Positions 61,147 through 64,000 of a DNA stretch of 64,000 nucleotides are shown piece by piece (positions within the stretch are counted from its first letter, which is position 1; each line of letters starts with the position of its first letter). Source of the DNA: Marsupella aquatica (taxonomy: Eukaryota; Plantae; Marchantiophyta); assembly GCA_973895155.1 (NCBI GenBank), contig OZ316899.1, forward strand, positions 14,821,934 to 14,885,933, written 5' to 3'. Position numbers and translations under genes: made by a program. A model generated the notes under the pieces. The model searched no databases. It was not told the origin of the DNA and saw nothing but the letters and a program-made list of their open reading frames with translations.

Positions 61147-63110
61147 ATGTACATAAGGTACATTGTATTGTGAATCAATTCCGTTGATGAGGCAAAATTC
61201 ATCAAAAGTTTTCGATGTGAACTCTCCAGCTTCATCAGTCCTGAGGGTTTGAATTGGGTATTCTGGGAATTGAGCTCTCAACCGTATAATGTGTGCCGGA
61301 ATCCTTGAGAAAATGAGGTTCCAGGTTGATAATAGGGAAACCCTTGACCATTTGGAGCTTGCATCTATGACGACCAGGAAATAGCGGAATGGGCCACTGG
61401 GAGGATCGATGGGTCCGCCAACATCTGCATGAAGTCTCTCAAGAAATGCAGGTATGTGATTTTTGGTTTTAGAATTGGAGGGAGCAGTAATCATCTTGCC
61501 CTGTGAGCAGGCAAGGCATGGTCCTTTGAATGCTCTAGGGTGTACTTCTTTTGATACTCCTTTAGAATTATTGACAATTCCGTGGAACATGCTTGTTCTA
61601 GGATGTCCCAACCGTCTATGTCAGATCTCTGTGAGGTTATGTGATTCAGTCTGAACATGGTAGCATTGAGTTCGAGTTGCATAGTATCCTAAAGGGTAAG
61701 CTTGTAAAGTTTCTTTAACGAGTCTGCCTTTTGATGAGTGAGATACTATTTGGAGAACGTCTCATGAGTCTTGAATATCTATATGAATATGTAGGTTATT
61801 CGCTCTTATGTCTTTAAAGCTGAGAAGGTTTCTGGTTGCTTTGGGGGCATAAATCGCTGATGTGATTTTGATTATTGTTCCTTCTGGGAGAACTACTGTG
61901 GCTTTGCCATGACCCTCCTCTATTTGATGTGGTCCCATTATAGTTGTTATTTTCCTTTGTGAAGGGGTGATTTCGTGGAAATATTTACTATCTCGAAGGA
62001 TAGTATGGGTTGTGCCGTTGTCGACAATGCAGAAATCTGGATCTTCAATATTTAATGATGAATCCAGCATATGGATTTCTGGTATAATCTATGGTGACTA
62101 TAAATAAGCCCATGTGCTTCGAATTGCGATTCATCCAAGCTCTTCTTATAAAGTAGAACTAGGTGGCTAGGTGCATGGCATACCTTTTTGGTGTGCCCTT
62201 TAGTTTCGCACCTGATGCATGTAATGGGATTCTCTTGTTTATAATTTGAGGTAGGTCGTTGTCGCTCCCGATTTTGTTGTTGATGATCCGCTCTGCCACT
62301 CTTCCAGTTGCTTTGATTCGCATTGTTCATTCTTCCACGACCTCATCCTCTGTAGTTGGAACTGTTTCCACCTCTTTGGGAGAAATTACCTCTCCCTCTC
62401 ATGGTTCCTCGGCCACGGTATGAACCTCTCCCCCTCGATGTGTATCCATTTGTATTTGTCATATTTGTTTCTGCTGTCATATCCTATGTAACTAAGTTGG
62501 TTTCAGTTTTGGTTGTCACAGGAAGTGTTCCCGGAGGTCTCTCCTTTGCATTATTCATAAGGAGGATGGAATTTTGCTCTGCTAAAAGCATATGAGCAAC
62601 GAGTGCCGAGTATGTTGTAAATGCCATGTTCCTGTACTGATTTGAAATCACCAAGTTAGTTGGGTGAAATGTGGCTAATGTCTTCTCGATTTGCTGTTTA
62701 TCACTGACTGGTTCTCCACACATTTGGAGTTCATTTGAGATTCTAAACATCTCACTATTGTATAAATCTACTGATTTGAATTCTTGTACTCGTAGAGTTA
62801 CCCAAGCCTGTAGAGCATTCGACAGATTTATTGTAGTGATATGCTCGAATCTCAATTTCAATGCATCCTAGAGTAATCTAGGATTGTATACAGTCTTATA
62901 CTGGCATTTGAGAGGATCGACTAAGTGATGTCTCAGTAGTACCAAGGCTTGTGCCTTTGTGTATTGATCCACACCGACATCTGTGTGTATGGCCTCTTCA
63001 ATTCGTTTTGCCATGAGATGGACCTCCACATCTATATACCAATCATTGTAATTCTTGCCATCAATTTGCAAAGCTGGAAATAGAAGTTTTTCAATGGAGT
63101 TTGATGTCAT
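61147..63110 (-). pseudogene. Element D gag, protease and integrase 5' part
   Basis: IEKLLFPALQIDGKNYNDW, CIRCETKGH..C, CIVDNGTTHTIL, RLGHP, GPIDPPSGPFRYF, TDEAGEF. Confidence 0.92.
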
Positions 63111-63372
63111 TCTAGTATCAAGAATGTATAATTGTTTTTCAAATGGATGTTTGGGGAGCGGTCATGAATGTGTATCAACCTGATGTATGTTATCAAATCT
63201 GTTTTTTTAATCATCCCCGTTATCATTCCCATAAGGGTACGACGTTTTTCTAAAAGAAAAAGCCTGCATACGTTGCCCAAATGTTGACAAATTTGCATAA
63301 TTGCCAAGTATAACTGCCTTGACATTGAACGACCCCTAAAAAACAATTAAGAGCACACTCGTGCTGATAACA

Positions 63373-63509
63373 TGTTATAAACCAAATACACCAACAATGA
63401 TATGACCTTCTATTCCAAGGAGAGAATATATACATATGGTAACTCTGGTTGGAGTTAACCATGGGTTCTAACTATAGTTAGTATACCCAATCATAGTTAG
63501 GGTATAATA
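63373..63509 (-). repeat. 5' LTR of element D
   Basis: Adjacent to the PBS; direct repeat of 25873-26009. Confidence 0.95.
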
Positions 63510-63975
63510 GCTATGTAGATTCTGACTATGGACAAGATCTGGACTGAAGGAGATCAACAACAGGGTACATGTTCACACTTGGCAGTGGATGCATAAGTTG
63601 GAGGTCTACTTTGTATAAGTGTATTGTTCAGTCTACTACATAAGCGGAGTATGTTGCAGCAAGGAAGTAGCAAAGGAAGCTATTTGGTTGGATAGACTTA
63701 TCACTGAAATGAGATTGTCACAGGGGAATGTGAAGCTCCATTGTGATAGTCAGAGTGCGCTCCACCTTGTTGTGAACCAGGTGATGGACAGTAGAGTGAA
63801 GCACATAGACGTCAGGTACCATTTTATCAAACAGGCTGTGTCTGATAATTTGTTTGAGCTAGTCAAGATAGACGGTAAACTCAACTCAACTGACGCATTT
63901 ACCAAAGTGATTCCTTCGGAAAGTTTCTCTAGAGATCGTGATGTGCTACAGGTTTTGCAATTGCGTCACAAGTAA
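63510..63975 (+). pseudogene. Copia B RNase H
   Basis: YVDSDY..RRSTTGY, KEAIWL, CDSQSA, KHIDVRYHFI. Confidence 0.92.
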
Positions 63976-64000
63976 GGGTTTTGCTTAACATTTACTGTAA

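Larger units (their letters stand above)
25873..63509 (-). mobile_element. Ty1/copia Bianca element D, interrupted by CACTA E
   Basis: 137-bp LTRs at 25873-26009 and 63373-63509 (2 differences); TSD GCTAT at 25868-25872 and 63510-63514; minus-strand PBS tgttatcagcacg 63360-63372; PPT (ctcccccttg on +) at 26010. Confidence 0.95.
13790..63975 (+). mobile_element. Old Ty1/copia element B, decayed and split into three pieces (13790-15669, 24947-25872, 63510-63975)
   Basis: Zinc knuckle C*KCHKVGQVKRD, protease WILDCACSFH, WHSRLGH, FIDDYSR, KARLVAKG, TRPDL. The reading continues across both insertions: SA|RRTSG and LIGY|VDSDY. Confidence 0.88.

Overview
Eukaryotic repeat-dense DNA, probably heterochromatin of a non-seed land plant (inferred from the element lineages). 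No host gene is supportable. The window is a stack of nested transposons whose borders can be read from terminal repeats and target-site duplications (TSDs). Left to right: a decayed Penelope-like RT (1009-3256); a Bianca-type Ty1/copia element A (4756-12648) with a 2.2-kb solo LTR in its protease; and an old copia element B (~13790-63975). B is split by a chromodomain Ty3/gypsy C (15670-24946, non-canonical AGT..ACT ends) and by a minus-strand Bianca element D (25873-63509). D contains a CACTA transposon E (29236-61146), which contains two gypsy elements, F (30286-42085) and G (49221-59291). Four observations stand out. (1) G encodes a C5 DNA-cytosine methyltransferase in frame between protease and RT, plus a C-terminal PHD finger. 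(2) G has split, permuted terminal repeats (R1-body-R2-gc-R1-R2) and a putative self-priming site, suggesting integration from a circle via an internal palindromic att site. (3) E carries an intact SET-domain exon that appears to be alternatively spliced with the transposase. (4) The LTRs of F encode an RPA70C-like OB-fold protein. Domain calls are by motif recognition by eye; no searches were run.
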